From: Squalus acanthias
Taxonomy: Eukaryota
Direction of reading: 5' to 3'
NCBI GenBank assembly: GCA_030390025.1
Contig: CM059438.1
Span: 60,018,001-60,082,000 of the forward strand
Length of the DNA stretch: 64,000 bases
The notes beneath the pieces are model-generated. The model saw only the letters and a list, made by a program, of their open reading frames with translations, had not been told where the DNA came from and did not search any database. Below, one piece after another: positions 1-23,094 of this stretch. The stretch's first letter is position 1. Each line of letters begins with the position of its first letter. A program made the translations under genes and the position numbers.

Positions 1-1985
1 TTATGTGGGACTTTATCAAAGGCCTTCTGAAAATCCAAATACACCACATCCACTGGTTCTCCCTTATCTATTCTACCAGTTACATCCTCAAAAAACTCCA
101 GTCGATTTGTCAAACACGATTTCCCTTTCATAAATCCATGTTGACTTTGTCTAATCCCGTTGATATTTTCTAAGTGTCCTGTTATCACATCCTTTATAAT
201 AGACTCTAGCATTTTCCCTACTACTGATGTTAGGCTAACCGGTCTGTAGTTCCCTGTTTTCTCTCTCCCTCCTCTTTTAAATAGTGGGGTTGCATTTGCC
301 ACCTTCCAATCTGCAGGAACTGTTTCATTATCTATAGAATTTTGGAAGATGACAACCAATGCATCCACTATTTCCATGGCTACCTCTTTTAGTACTCTGG
401 GATGCAGATTATCAGGCCCTGGGGATTTATCGGCTTTCAGTCCCATTAATTTCTTCAGCACTATTTTTTAAATAATACTAATTTCCTTTAATTCCTCCTT
501 CTCACTAGACCCTTGGTTCCCTAGCATTTCTGGGAAGTTATTTGTGTTCTCTTCCGTGAAGACAGAACCAAAGTATTTGTTTAATTGCTCTGCCATTTCC
601 TTGTTCCGCATTATAAATTCTCCCGTTTCTGACTATAAGGGACCTATATTTGTCTTCACTAATCTTTTTCTTTTTACATACTTGTAGAAGCTTTTACAGT
701 CCGCTTTTATGTTCCTTGCAAGTTTACTCTCATACTCTATTTTTCCCCTCTTAATCAATTTCTTGGTCCTTTTTTGCTGAACTCTAAACTGCTCCCAATC
801 CTCAGGCTTGCTACTTTTTCTGGCAACTTTATATCACTCCTCTTTGGATCTAATACTATCCTTAATTTCTTTTGTTAGCCATGGTTGGGCTGCTTTTCCT
901 TTTGTGTTTTTGTGCCAGAAAGGAATGTATAACTGTTGCAATTCATGCATTCGTTCCTTAAATATTATCCATTGCCTATCCACCGTCATGCCTTTTAATG
1001 AAGCTCCCCAATCTATCATAGCCAACTCCCGCCTCATACCTTCGTAGTTTCCTTTGTTTAGATTTAGGACCCTAGTTTCGGATTGGAGTTCTTCACTTTT
1101 CATCTTAATGGAGAATTCTGTCATGTTATGGTCACTCTTCCCTAAAGGACCCCGCACAAGAAGATTATTAATTAACCCCTTCTCATTGCACAATACCCAA
1201 TCTAGGATAGCCTGTTCCCTAGTTGGCTCCTCAACGTACTGGTCTAAAAAACCATCTTGTACACACTCCAGGAATTCATCCTCCACAGTTTTATTGCTAA
1301 TTTGGTTTGGCCAGTCTATATGTATCTAAAGTCACCCATGATTACTGTAATACCCTTGTTACATGCATCTTTAATTTCCTGTTTGATGCCATCCCCTACA
1401 TTACCACTACTCTTTGGAGGCCTATATACAACTCCCACCAATGTTTTCTGCCCCATGGTGCGTCTTAGCTCCACCCAGACTCTACATCTTGATTTTCTGA
1501 GCCAATATCCTTTCTCACTATTGCTCTGATTTCATCCTTTACCAACAACGCCACCCCACCTCCTTTTCCTTTTTGCCTGTCCTTCCTAAATATCGAATAT
1601 CCTTGGATATTCAGCTCCCAGCCTTGGTCACCCTGCAGCCATGTCTCCATAATCGCAATTATATCGTATCCGTTTTCATCTATTTGTGCTGTTAATTCGT
1701 CTACCTTATTACGAATGCTTCGTGCATTCAGATAGTGCCTTTAGATTTGTCTTTTCAACATTTTTAGACATCTTAATATTTTTTTGTACTATGGCCCTAT
1801 TTGTCTTACCATTTTTTCTTACCCGGACCCTATTTGTTAGTGTACCCTTTTGTTTGTACGCTCTGTCCCTTCCTGACACAATCTGGTTATCCTTACCCCA
1901 ATCACTTTCCTGCACTGCTTCCTTGTCTTTTCTTTTTAGCATTCTAGATTTCGCTCCACCGGGACCCTCCCCCTTATTTAGTTTA
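1..1985 (-). mobile_element. CR1 LINE, frameshifted ORF2 (endonuclease to start of RT), runs off the window start
   Basis: Minus-strand ORFs give ETWL...YSIFRKDR...GGGVAL and FLDQYVEEPTREQAILDWVL...LGKSDH (APE endonuclease motifs); colinear with the CR1 copy at 55376-57660. Confidence 0.9.
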
Positions 1986-2500
1986 AAGCCCTATCTACCT
2001 CCCCAGTTATTTGATTCGCTAGAACTCTGGTCCCAGCATGGTCCCAAAGGGCGGGGGAGTGGGACCAGCTGAAGTGCTCTTGCAGAAAGCCGGCACGGGC
2101 TCGATGGGCCGAATGGCCTTCTTCCGTGCTGTAACCATTCTATGATTCTATGAAGAGGTTTCATAGGGTATATGTTGATAGGGTTAGATGAAGAAGGGGG
2201 GGGGGGAAGAGGCTTGTGTGGAGCTTGAACACCGGCATAGTACAGTTGGGCCAAATAGCCTGATTCTGTGCTGTCAATTCTAAGTAATGTAACATGAGTC
2301 TCGTCTGTCCTTTTCTGTCCCTGCATCCCCAGGAAATGGAAGGCATTCAACTTGTTCCCCGTTCAGGGGTTTGCCAACCAAACTGACAACCTCCTTTCCA
2401 AGAGTATTCTTTAGCAGACAAGCTTTGATGAGTACCCAAGAATACTATCTTGAGTGGATTACCTGCTGGTGTTCGGAAGGAAGATAACAAATTATTTATT

Positions 2501-3106
2501 GGCCCCGATATTAATGGGGAAGCGGGGAGGGTGCGGGAGAGCCCTATAGCGGGCGAAGAACCCGGCAAGGCCGGAGATGTGGAAGCTCTGCTGTTCTGAA
2601 TGACTCTAATACTTTGCAGTTATAAACTAACTACCCATGGAGACGGTCCCTGAAGTCAGTAGGGAGGGAAGACGCGATCGGGAGGGACGGGGGTTCAAAA
2701 GATCGGGCCCGTGATCGGGGCTGGGGAGGCCAAAGGCTTCCTTTTGAGGCCTGGGGCAGGGACTCCTGCTCCTCTTGGCCCTCAAGCACTTCTAAAAGGA
2801 GCTGATCTTCAGTACTTGGCTCCCGCCTCGGATCTGCAGCCAGGCAGCCGACAGTGCAGGCCTTCTCCTAACCTACAGTTAAATGTAAGTCGCGGCGCCG
2901 ATAATGCCATCAGGCCACAACTTTTGAATGTTAATTAGGCCCCTACCTGCCTTTTGCAGGAGCCTCGTTAATGGCCTGATTTGGGTTTGTAAAGATTTAA
3001 AGGGCCGGGAATAGGGTCAGGCTGCTGGATTCCGATGCTTTAACCACCCCCGACTCTCTCCCGCCTGTCAGGTGGGGTGGGGCGGGGGGGCGATAAATTT
3101 GAGGCC
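2501..3106. mobile_element. MITE, probably PIF/Harbinger-type
   Basis: Imperfect TIRs GGCCCCGATATTA / TAAATTTGAGGCC, flanked by ATT on both sides; GC-rich non-coding interior. Confidence 0.5.
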
Positions 3107-4269
3107 ATTGTCCCTGGTTGTTGTGGAAAACATTAGGCTAGTTGGCTCATTAATACCTACTCCCCCCACCCCCCACTTCTAACTCATTGGCTGTAGCCTG
3201 TGACTTTTTTAATCTGTGCAATCCACTTTGTTAGAAAACACAACCTCTGAACATAAGTAATTCCTGGATCCTTTCCGAGAAAAAAAGAAAAAGAAAAGAC
3301 TTGGATTTATATAGCGCCTTTCATGGCCACCGGACATCTCTAAAGCGCTTTACAGCCAATGTAGTACTTTTTTGAAGTGTAGTCACTGTTGTAACGTAGG
3401 AAATAAATCAAAATCATGAAATCTGATACTCGAAGGGCAATTTTAATCCTGCATGAAACGGACAGAATCATAGAATGAAGGAGGCCATTGGGCCCATCGT
3501 GCCTGTGCCGGCTCTTTGAAAGAGCTATCCAATTAGTCACACTCCCCTGCTCTTTCCCCATAGCCCAGCAATGTTTTCCCTTTCAAGTATATTCAGCTGT
3601 TTTGGCCCTAAGCTCTGGAATTCTCTCGCTAAACCTCTCCGCCTCTTTACCTCTCTTTCCTCCTTTAAGACGCTCCTTAAAACCTACCTCTTTAACCAAG
3701 CTTTTGGTCATCTGCCCTAATTTCTCTTTATGTGGCTCGGTGTCAAATGTTTTGTCTTATAACACTCCTGTGAAGCACCTTGGGATGTTTTGCTATGATA
3801 AAGGCACTATATAAATACAAGTTGTTGTTATATATTCAATTCCCTTTTGAAAGTTACTATTGAATCTGTTTCTACCACACTTTCAGGCAGCGCATTCCAA
3901 ATCATAACAACTCGCTATGTAAAAAAAATTCTCATCTCCCCTATGCTTCTTAACAGACAAATAAAAGCTCTCTCCGAATGGGGCACCAGGATTAATATAA
4001 GCAACATTTGGCAGACTAAAATGTAGTCTCCAATTGTTGTCATTTGTCAAACAGATTACTGGAGATGTGGAAAGTAGCAAAACATAAAATATAACCATTA
4101 CAAGAGACTGTGCCGCTGTTTATTAAGGTGTGAAGATGATTCGCATTTTGATTGTCTGACCTCTTCAAAGAATTTGTTTGAACTTCAGATAGAAAAATAT
4201 TAAAATCCGAGCGTCATCTAGTATTTAACAGCTTTCTGTTCATTGTTGCTGTTATTCAAACCTCTGCTT

Positions 4270-4700
4270 CCTGTATCCTAACTCACACCTGTCCTGTTCA
4301 GTCATCACCCCTGTGCTCACTGACCTACGTTGGCTCCCGGTCTAGCAACGCCTCGATTTAAAAATTCTCATTCTTGTTTTCAAATCCCTCCACGGCCTCG
4401 CCCCTCCCTATCTCTGTGACCTTGTCCAGCCCTAGAACCCTCTGAGATTTCTGCAATCCTCTAATTCTGGCCTCTTGCACGTCCCTGATTTCCTTCGCTC
4501 CACCACTGGCGGCCGTGCCTTCAGCTGCCTAGGTCCTAAGCTCTGGAATTTCCTCTCTAAACTCTCTGCACCTCTCTCTCCTCCTACCTCTTTGACCAAG
4601 CTTTTGGTCACCTGTCCTAATATGTAGCTCGGTGTAAAATTTTGTCTGATAGTGCTGGGGCATTTTACTATGTTAAAGGCGCTATATAAATGCAAGTTAT
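4270..4700 (+). mobile_element. L2-type LINE 3' end (related fragments at about 3595-3830, 20010-20180, 25010-25320, 26257-26510)
   Basis: Encodes a decayed ITPVL.DL.WLPV..RL.FKILILVFKSL C-terminus followed by the shared tail GGCGCTATATAAATGCAAGTT. Confidence 0.75.
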
Positions 4701-5544
4701 AGTTGCTGTTATATGTACAGAGGTATTTATGTATTTACCACCAGTTAATTTTTTAAGAGTTTGCCAATAGGATCAGGAAGAACAACAGATTTTTTAAACA
4801 GTCATAGCAGTTATCTATTGTGAAATGCCAATTGTGCTGTCTTATTCTGCCTGTGATTCAGCTTCTGCGAATCATTTCTAAATAAATCTGGACACAAATT
4901 TAGTCTGTGTAAAGTTATCTACCGTTGTGGATATCTCCTGTTTCCTGGGTTGAAATATTACTGCTTTCCCAGTAAGTCATTCACCACCACCAGTGTCAAT
5001 TGTTAGACCTGCAATCGCAAGGCGATTTTAACCCTGCACGAAACAGAATCATACAGCACAGAAGGAGGCCATTCGGTCCACCGTGTGTAGCAACAGACTT
5101 GAATTTGTAAGAGGCAGACTGCTAAGAGAATACTTCGAATTTTACAGCACAGAAACAGGCCATTCGGCTCAACAAGTCTATGCCGGTGTTTCTGCTCCAC
5201 ACCAGCCTACTCCCACCTTATTTCACCGTCGAGGCATTTACAGGAGAAAAAAAGGGCACGACTAAGGATGAATCTGCTGTAGCAATCATTGGATTTGCAC
5301 GTGATCTGAGAGAAACACGTCTATTTTGTCTTTGTCCATCAATAACGAAATAAGAATATAAAGCAAATACATAAATGCAAGTCTTTCTTTCTTTGCAAAA
5401 AAAAAAGGGAGTCAGATCTGTGTGGCCACTGCCACCCGTTTATTGTGTCTTGTACTTTGCATATGCTGCAAAGGCCGGTGCACCCTAAATGGCATACCGC
5501 AGGCATGACCGGCACTTGATACGTTCTGGGCCAAGCAGCAGTCT

Positions 5545-5713
5545 CGTAGCCAATGGGAGGCGAGCGAGTGAAAACTGGCGGTCTGCTGCACGGCAAACTG
5601 CGCGGGCCGTGTGCAAAGGGAGGGGGCCGCGGCACTTTGACGGACAGCCCTTGCGACCAATCGGAGGCCGGGACCGGCCGGCGGGGGCGGGCCGGCGCGG
5701 GTGGTATATAAAG
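5545..5713 (+). promoter_or_regulatory. Promoter of beta-tubulin gene 1
   Basis: CCAAT at 5550 and 5657, GC box GGGGCGGG at 5684, TATATAAAG at 5705-5713, about 100 bp upstream of the ATG in CpG-rich sequence. Confidence 0.85.
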
Positions 5714-5805
5714 CTCGACGCGGCCGACAGCAACGCAGTTGAGCGTCTGTTCCTTTTGTGCTTTGTCCAAGTGGAGGAGGCGATTGGAATCCGAAAGCAA
5801 GCAAT

Positions 5806-14295
<8,490 letters not shown>

Positions 14296-15198
14296 GCAGT
14301 ATTGTGGTCAGAGCTAAGAATTTATTCATTTCACTGAGACCTGTGTCTAATGTCCCTTTCTTCTTATACTTTTACACTGTTCATGTGTTCTGCATTTCTA
14401 TCTTGAAAGCTGTATAAAATTGCTGTATAAAATTTCAGTTGTAACCTCCTGATGGTATCTGAGACATTGACTTGTATGATTGGAATTGCTGTATACATGT
14501 TGATGTAATACTTATGAGTGCTATTAATCTTTCCCTTGCAATAGCAATTGTAAAATGTTTTCTCTTGGAGGGATCCTGGAAAGATTTTTTCCCCAGTGAG
14601 GAAGTTGCTATCAGGTCTGCCATTAGGCCTGTCACTGAGCAGATTTCACTTAGTTGGGAGTTTGGTTGGTATAGAACTCCAATAGCATTGTAGTTGTGGG
14701 ATCAGCTTCTGCCACTAGGATGCAGGTTGACTGCCAACTGAACAAACTTAGCCTTGCTGCACATGTGAGCAGAGCATCTTTAGGTAGGGAGGCACTGGTC
14801 TGTCTCCAGAAGACTGACTGCCTTTTCATCTTGGAATACATTTTTACAGTCCATAAGTATTCATTTTATCCACAAGGTTGCTTTTTTGAGGGAGGGTAGC
14901 TTTTTAAAAGACATCCTGGATTTCTGGGCAGATGTTGATCATTGTGAAAGTGAGAACTTTGTAAAAGTTGGTATTTTTGATTTTTAGTATGAATCAGTGC
15001 CACTGTATTGATCAAGATTTCCATTGACCTGAATTGGTTACCTCTATTCAGTAGGGTTGCTACTGCCCTGATTTTTGTGACCCAACAGACTGGTATTTGA
15101 GTGGATTGTCCACCAATTCCATTCTGTAAATTGGGCAGAAAAAATACTTTGAATGTGTAATCCATTTCTCACTCACATTCTTTATGTAAAAGGTTTAC

Positions 15199-15204
15199 AA
15201 TAAA
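15199..15204 (+). terminator. Probable polyadenylation signal of tubulin gene 1
   Basis: First AATAAA I found after the stop codon, implying a 3' UTR of about 0.9 kb. Confidence 0.5.
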
Positions 15205-16329
15205 TTTTCATATGCTCAGTAGAGCAAATCAAATTCAGGCAGTGACCCTACCCTCTGGCCTGTCTGAATTCTAGTTTGTGGCAGCCCTACTGTTGCAAAG
15301 CAGACTTGTTCTGCAAAGGTAGACAGTGGCTTTCAGACATGGCTGCCAGCACTCCAGGCAGAATGCATAAACACTTCATGTTTTGTTTTTTGGCAACTTT
15401 GTTAAATGTCACTATCCAAATTCAGGCTGTTTGACTGCTAATGTTCTGAAATCTTTGTATGGAGAGACTTGCTCCTGTAAAGAAATCATGTTTGACCATT
15501 AAATTAGCACAGCACAACTTATCTTGGAATGGTTGTTATTCATGTGGTCTCAATGTGTTCATAGTCTGGGGCAGCTTACGGTTCTGTCCTGAAGGTCTTT
15601 GCTTTGGGTAGTAATACATTTTCCCTTTTGCTCTGAAGTACACCCTTAGTGGTCAGTGGCAGCATATACTTGTCTCATTTATTGCCAATGGGAGTTCTCT
15701 CCTGAGCAAGCATCACTTTTGGGTTGCAATTTTCCTCATGTCCACCTCAACACATTGCATTCCAGCTCTAGACTTCAGTTTCACATGCCCAGAGGTAATC
15801 ACTGCTGCTTTTCAGTATAAAATATATTCCAGGCTTCCAAAAGCAGGAGATTGTTGATTAAGTGTTGACAACTTTCCTTTCTGGGCTGATGTTGTCTAGT
15901 CCAATATACTCCTAGTAGCAGTCACAAGTATAGCCTCCAATCTGGTATTGTAGGGTGTCAGTACTGGTTAATCAACCAAAACAGCCACCCAAGTGCAGGT
16001 TGGGGATTGTGACATAAACCACCCCAAAATGGTGGTCTCACTCCATACCAGGTGCTGAAATTCTAAACCCTCTGATTCTGGTGCTTGCTGTGATACCTAC
16101 CTCTTCTACAGAAGATCGGTGTAGATTGAATAGCCCCCCCCCCCCCCAATCTGGCCAGGAGCATTTCCTCAGTGAGCACTGTCTTTATGTAAACTTACAC
16201 TAACCATTTTGCCCCAGCCAGGAGAAGCCCCCTAGTTCCTGTGGTAGTGCAGGGAATGAGACTCTGTTGCCTGAGTCAACTGGTTCTATTCAGAGCAGAC
16301 TAGACTTTGTTGGGACAAGGGTGACTCAA

Positions 16330-17400
16330 TGGTTTAGGACGGTTTTGGCAAGAGAGTCCAGGCAGACCGTAGCATAGCTTTCTTAAAGTCATGCCTGACT
16401 AACTTGATTGCATTTTGAGGTGGTAACTAGGAGGGTCGATGAGGGTAGCGTGTTTGAGTCTGGATTTTAGCAAGGCTTTTGACCAGGTCCCACGTGGCAG
16501 TCTGGACAGAAACCTGAAAGTTCAAGGGAAAGTGGCTCAATGGCAGGAAGCAAAGGGTAATGGTCACCAGGTGTTTGTGACTGGAGGGTAGTTTCCAGTG
16601 GGGGTCTGTAGGGTTCAGTGCTAGGTCCCTTGCTTTTTGTGGTGTGTATATATCAATGATTTAGACTTCAATGTAGGGGTATGATTAAGAAGTTTGCAGA
16701 TGATGCAAAAATTGGCTGTGGTTGATGTATGACAGCTGTAGCCTGCAGGAAGATATCAATGGACTGGCCAGGTGGGCAGAAAAGTGGCAAATGGAATTCA
16801 ATCTGGAAAAGTGAGGTAATGCATTTGGGGAGGGCTAACCAGGCAAGGAATACAAAATAAAGTGTAGCAGAACAGAGACCTTTGAGTGCATATCCACAGA
16901 TCCGTGAAGGTGGTTAAGGGTATAGAGGATACTTTTTTTATTATAGAATATAAGGGCAGGGAGGTTATGCTTGAATTGTAGAGTACTGTATACAGTTCTG
17001 GTCACATTAAGGATGTGATCATACTAGAGGGTGCAGGAGATTTGAGGACTGGAGAATTTTGGCTATGAGGAAAGATTTGATAGGCTGGGGTTTTCTTTGG
17101 AACAGAGGAGGCTGAAGGGAGACCTATTCCTCTTAAAGGTCAATAACCAGCAGGCATAGATTTCAAGTAATTGGTAGAATTAGAGGGGAGTTGAGAACTT
17201 TTTTCACCCAGAGGATGGTGGGGGGGTCTGGAACTTGCTACCTCATCGCATTTAAAAAGTACTTGGATATGCACTTGCAGTGCTGCAACCTACAAGGCTA
17301 CGGACCAAGAGCTGGCAAGTGGGATTAGGCTGGATGCACTTTGGCTGGCACAGACACAATGGGCTGAATGGCCTACTGTGCTGTAAATTTCTATGATTCT
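16330..17400 (+). mobile_element. Old, degraded CR1 (RT to 3' tail)
   Basis: Remnants of DFSKAFD, KFADD and QMEFN motifs with many small deletions; ends in TTCTATGATTCT. Confidence 0.8.
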
Positions 17401-17668
17401 GTGCAAGGATTTCTGTTACACGTCCAGCGAGAACCAAATCTTAAAAGTCTCAACAAACCTTTCAAGCAATATATACTAGAGGGGGCTTTAGCTACCACCT
17501 TGTACATTGCAACCCATGGAGGGAAACTGCTCCAGGTAAATAATGCATCCAGGCTGGCTGGGTGACATCGAGCCAGTTTTTTTTGTTGTGTCCACTGAGA
17601 ACAGCCAGTGTCATTTTTTTAGAATATTCATATGCTGGTCGCTGGCTGGCAATCTGAGCCACACTTGA

Positions 17669-18299
17669 GCCCTGATTTTAACCACCATCACCTGTTGGAA
17701 ACCAGGCAGAGGGCGGTTAAAATAACGCCAGTCACTTACTCCTCCGATCCCGCTTCCTTCCTGCCACATTCCCATATTAACTTACTCTTTTGAGCAGGAT
17801 GCCTGCAGGAAGAGAGCCGGGTTCTATTTTAAATATGCAAATTGTGTCCAATGATGTCACCAGGACCTTATCTGCAATTTCGACCTGGGGAGGAGGTATA
17901 GTGTCTGCTCCTCCGACGGGCAAAAGCTGCCGGACCCTGGTCTAGAGGGCCAGTTATGTTTCAGGTTTCCTTGCGGGCCAGGAGTGCTCCGCTGGGCCTC
18001 ACAGCGAAGCCTTTGGCCTCTTGCTAACACCCACCAATCCCTTCCACATGCTGCTTTCCTCCTGATCATGGCCAGACTCTTTCCCCTCCCCCCAACGAAC
18101 TGTTTAGGACCATTTCCATGCCTTTTGCAAGTTTCTGCTCCTGCTGGCCAGGTAGTTTGTTGGGTGGGACTCTACTTTTATTTAAATGAGGGCTCAGATC
18201 GGCAGTGCATCTGCATCCCCGGCCTTGCTGGGTTCATTGCCCGCTACCGAGCTCCCACGCACCCTTCCTTCCTAGGTTTTGGTGGTTAAGCGTCAGGCC
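17669..18299. mobile_element. MITE, probably Harbinger-type
   Basis: Imperfect TIRs GCCCTGATTTTAACCACC / GGTGGTTAAGCGTCAGGCC. Confidence 0.45.
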
Positions 18300-18739
18300 T
18301 GGCAGTCTGAGTCACGCTAGATGCCAGTCAGGATTTGGGCCGTGGTGTTTCTGGTTAGTTACGGGCTTTGATTTCTACTTTTCAGACAGGGCCCCATAAA
18401 AGTTGAAGTTAACATCAAACCAAGTCCTAATGTGCATCTTCCAGTCATGGGTTTTACTCTAATGTTTCACCTTCACATTGCATTCTATATTTATTATAAA
18501 TTATAAAAGGGAGACCAGAAAGTTGAGAGCTCACATTGTAGCACAGGGTCATTAAACAGCTAAGAATGCAACTAGTGACCCATCCTGTCAAAGTGAGCCC
18601 TGCTGGTTTGCTGCCACAGTATTTGCATATAAAGATAGTTTGAATATATGTAAATCAGGCAGGTTCTGATTAGCTCAGTACAATGAGATAATGTATATTA
18701 GCATAACAAAACACAGATGGGAAAGATCCATCCACAGCC

Positions 18740-19442
18740 TCACACGCTCCCTTTCACCCACATATAGCCAGTTTGTTCTCCATCACTAAGACCACCTATT
18801 TCTAGCTCTGTGACATCGCCCGTCTCCGCTCCTGCCTCAACTCATCTACTGCTGAAACCCTAATCCATGCCTTTGTTACCTTTCGACTCGACTGTTGCAA
18901 TGCTCTCCTGGCCGGCCTCCAACCTTGCCCCCTCCGTAAACTTGAACTCATCCAAAACTCTGCTGCCCATATCATGACTCGCACCAAGTCCCGTTTTAGC
19001 CATCACCCCTGTGCTCGCTGACCTACATTAGCTCCCGGTCCGGCAACGACTCGAATTTAAAATTCTCATCCTTGTATTTCAATCCCTCCATGGCCTCATC
19101 CCTCCCTATTTCTGTAATCTCTTCCAGTCCTACAACCCTCCAAGATCTCTGCGCTCCTCCAATTCTTGCCTCTTGTGCATTCCCGATTTTCATCATTCCA
19201 CCATTGGTGGCCGTGCCTTCAGCTGCCTATGCCCTAAGCTTTGGAATTTCCCCCCAAAACTCTCAACCTCCCTCTTCTCCTTTAAGACGCTCCTTAAAAC
19301 GTACCTCTTTGACCAAGCTTTTGGTCCCCTGTCCTAATATTTCCTTATGTGACTCGGTGGCAAATATTGTTTGATAACGCTCCTGTGAAGCGCCTTGGGA
19401 CGTTTTACTAGGTTAAAGCCGCTTTATAAATTGAAGTTGTTT
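18740..19442 (+). mobile_element. L2-type LINE 3' portion
   Basis: Decayed frame AETLIHAFVTFRLD.CNALLAGL...LELIQNSAA followed by the same tail as 4270-4700. Confidence 0.8.
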
Positions 19443-20209
19443 GAGAGAAATGATTAAGGTGCTGTATAAATAGAGGAGACTAAACTGTTTAAAGATTGAA
19501 GGGGGACATCACAACAGTCAGCATCACAAATGGAACAATAACTTAGTTTTGGAATTACCGTAAATTTGTGCCCTCATCACCAATTTTCTAACCAGTGGAA
19601 ACAATCAGGCGCTTTTTATTTTTTATCGGAACCCCTCATAATTTTGACCTGCGTCTCTCCCTTAATCTTCTCAGCTCTAGTCAAAAATGCCCGAACGTTT
19701 CAAAATGTAACCATTTTGGATGTTTCTTGTTCTAAAATGTATTACACACTTTCTACACTGAACTGCATATGGCCATATTGATAGCCTGTCTATGTCCTCC
19801 TCCTCTCGTCTTTCACAATCCTAGTCACAAATAGCTGTATCCCCCACCACCCCGCCCCCCACCTTTTGGCAATATCAGTCATTTTTTATATAGTAATAGC
19901 GTGGTTCCGAAACACATGCATGTGCAACAAACACACCAACTATTTCCTCATCCAAGAAACTTCTTTTACCCCTAACCATTGCTTCCTATTTATATGGCGA
20001 AGTATAAACAAGAAGAACTTGCATTTATATAGCGCCTTTAACGTAGTAAAACGTCACAAGGCGTTTCACAGGAGTGTTATAAAACAAAATTTGACACTGA
20101 GCCACATAAGGAGATATTAGGGCAGATGACCAAAACCTTGGTCAAAGAGGTAGGTTTTAAGGAGCGTCTTAAAAGGAGTGGTTTAACAGCAATTGTTTTC
20201 TTCCAGTTT

Positions 20210-20610
20210 TCAGAGACTTGAGCACAAAAATCTAGGCTGACACTCCAGCGCAGTGCTGAGGGAGTGCTACACTGTCGGAGGTGCCGTCTTTCAGGTGAGA
20301 CGTTAAACCGAGGCCCCGTCTGCTCTCTCAGGTGGACGTAAAAGATCCCACGGCACTATTTTGAAGAAAAGCAGGGGAGTTCTCCCCGGTGTCCTGGGCA
20401 ATATTTATCCCTCAATCAACATCACTAAAAAACAGATTATCTGGTCATTATCACAGTGCTGTTTGTGGGAGCTTGCTGTGTGCAAATTGGCTGCTGCGTT
20501 TCCCACATTACAACAGTGACTAGACTTGAAAAGTACTTCATTGGCTGTAAAATGCTTTGGGATGTCCTGAGGTCGTGAAAGGCGCTATAGAAATGCAAGT
20601 TTTTTCTTTT
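20210..20610 (+). mobile_element. DeuSINE (SacSINE1/AmnSINE1-like)
   Basis: Contains TGAGACGTTAAACCGAGG...AAAGATCCCACGGCACT...CCCCGGTGTCCTGG, matching the Deu domain as I recall it; tail-only copies at about 3290, 9300 and 12950. Confidence 0.7.
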
Positions 20611-21337
20611 TTCTCCTTTTGTTTTAAGTTTCTATCATGGACTTTGCCCCTGTGAGGCTAGGCTGATTGGGCCCTACATTTCCATGGCCCTATTTGAAAT
20701 AGGACCCTATCATATTATTTGCTTTCCAAAGAAGAAAAACATATAAACCCTTTGATTTGTTAATGTTTAGTGCTACTTTAAATCAGTTCTGTTTACGCTG
20801 TATGTTGTCCTGGCCTTGGGGACATTTGTTCATTGAGTCTCTAGTCCTTCTGATTCTTTGGCAGTCTTCCTCATTTCTAGTCAACACGTTGCACACACAT
20901 CTATTCTTGTGCTTCTCCCAATTTGCAGTTAACTGTTGGATTACACTGTCCCATATACTATAAACTGCAGCAAGCACTGTGGGCCACTCTCTGAACTATA
21001 CTTGAACACAACAGCGCTCTAAACATTTTTTCTACATCTTTCTATTTTAGAGATTTTCTTCCTCCTTTAAATCTTTAAAATTTAAGGCAAAGACTTCTCT
21101 GTTTATCAAGATTAAAGCATTATTTCAGGTAATCTAACCCATGAGTCACTCCACACAGGTCAGTTTTCAATACTTTACATACATGCCTTTATAACTTCAC
21201 TTCACAGAAGTGAAATAACTTCACTTCTGCATTAACACAAAAACTAACACTTAACATGTGAACAGATCGAGCAGTCACACATGCTTGGGCACTTGGAGTG
21301 TATACAAACAAGGGATCTTTATCTGATTGAAGCCTTA

Positions 21338-21710
21338 AGAACATAAGAAATAGGAGCAGGAGTAGGCCATTCAGCCCTTCGAACCTGATCTTCTGTCTCA
21401 ACTCCATTCACCGGCCCTATCGCCATATCCCTTGATGCCCTTACCAGTCAGAAATCTATCGACTTCTGTTTTGAATATACCCAATGACTGAGCCTCCACA
21501 GCCCTCTGGGGTAGAGAATTCCAAAGATTCACCACCCTCTGTGTGAAGAAATTTCTTCTCATCTCAGTCCTGAATGGCCTACCCTTTATCCTGAGGCTGT
21601 GGCTCCGGTTCTAGACTCCCCAGCCAAGGGAAACATTCTCCCAGCATCCACCCTATTAAGCCCTGTAATAATTTTGTATGCTTCAATGAGATCCCCTCTC
21701 ATTCTTCTGA
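21338..21710 (-). mobile_element. CR1 3' end fragment
   Basis: Colinear with the 3' end of the CR1 at 55376-55780; TAAGAACATAAGAA tail. Confidence 0.8.
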
Positions 21711-23094
21711 ATTTGCTTATCATTGTCTTTTCAGGGCCAACAATTTATTGGGCACGCCATTTTCTATTAAAATACCTGTACATAAGTTTCCCTACTGTGT
21801 GTGATTTGTAAGAGTTTTCCCCACATCTTACTGTTTCTGGGTATAAACAGGTAGGTGTGACAACAATGGAGTTCCAGCTACAAATTCAGAGTCAATCACA
21901 CAAAGCATGTAATTCTGCTGAAATAAATGCCAGTGGTTATAATTGAGTCCCGGCATTCAGTAAAATATAACTATATATTTTATATAATATATTAAAACTC
22001 TTGCCACACAATTTAGTAATGATTCTCTGACGTTGGTAATACCTAAAATGTAACACTAAGGTTGCTGTTGCTTTGAATAAGGAACACTAATGCCTGCTAT
22101 TCAGCCTCCCACCAGTAGTGGCACCAGTCGCCTAGTTCTTCCTGCCATTTTGACAAACAATTACAACAAACAATTAAAAGACACATAATTTTTTCCAACT
22201 AAATATGAGCATGGTGACAGGGGATTCACTCGTAATGTGTTAAAATCCCTTTAATGGTCACACCCATTTCACATTGTTGGAATTTAGTAACACCTCTGAC
22301 AATTAGTAACATTGATTTAATGTGTAGCACTGTTATCTGTAACACACAACTCCTGCTATGCATAGTTCCTGCACTGTGGTGCTGTTCCAGTCCGGTCTTC
22401 ACTGCAACTCTCAGCCTGTTTACTCCCAAGAAATTCAAACTCAAATTCAAACATATTATTGATCCTCCTGCTCGCTTATAATTTACCCAACATTATGTTT
22501 GGCTTAAAACCAGTGTGTCGATGGTGAAAATGAACTCTAGTCATGGCTACCAGTCCCCACAACGGGCGTCTGCTGTGCTGTTAAATATTAAATGAATTGT
22601 CCTAAAGCACGAGGCACTTCCTGGTGGTTCCCTTTGGCCCTGCAATGCTGAAATAAATAAAATGTAACAGTGATGGCCTACTCTATCTCGATGCTTGCAT
22701 TCTAAAAATGACATTTCCACTCTGCCCAGAGGCCCCTGCTCTGCTAAAATAACTAACTGCCTGCCCCAATGTTTGAATAAATAATTCTATGTCTGCTCCA
22801 GTTTATAAATTAATAAAGTAATGGCAGCTGCAATGTTTAAATGAATAAATTAATGGCTGCATGTTAAATCTCGGCCCTCCAATCTAAAAATACATTAATC
22901 AGTGCTGGGCGATTGCCTACTAATTAAAGTGGAACTGTTACAGATAGCATGATTGAGGTTTCACAGACAAACTTTGGAGAATATTTTGGTGGCACTGAGC
23001 ACAAGGACCTAATGGCATCACTATACCGATACGTGGATAGTACAATGTAGTCGATAAAACAATTCCATAGCATTATCTAAGTCAACAGCAAAGT

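Noticed and set aside
3430..3470. Short motif repeated near 5015-5050
   Set aside because: About 35 bp, most simply fragments of a dispersed repeat next to CR1 tails.
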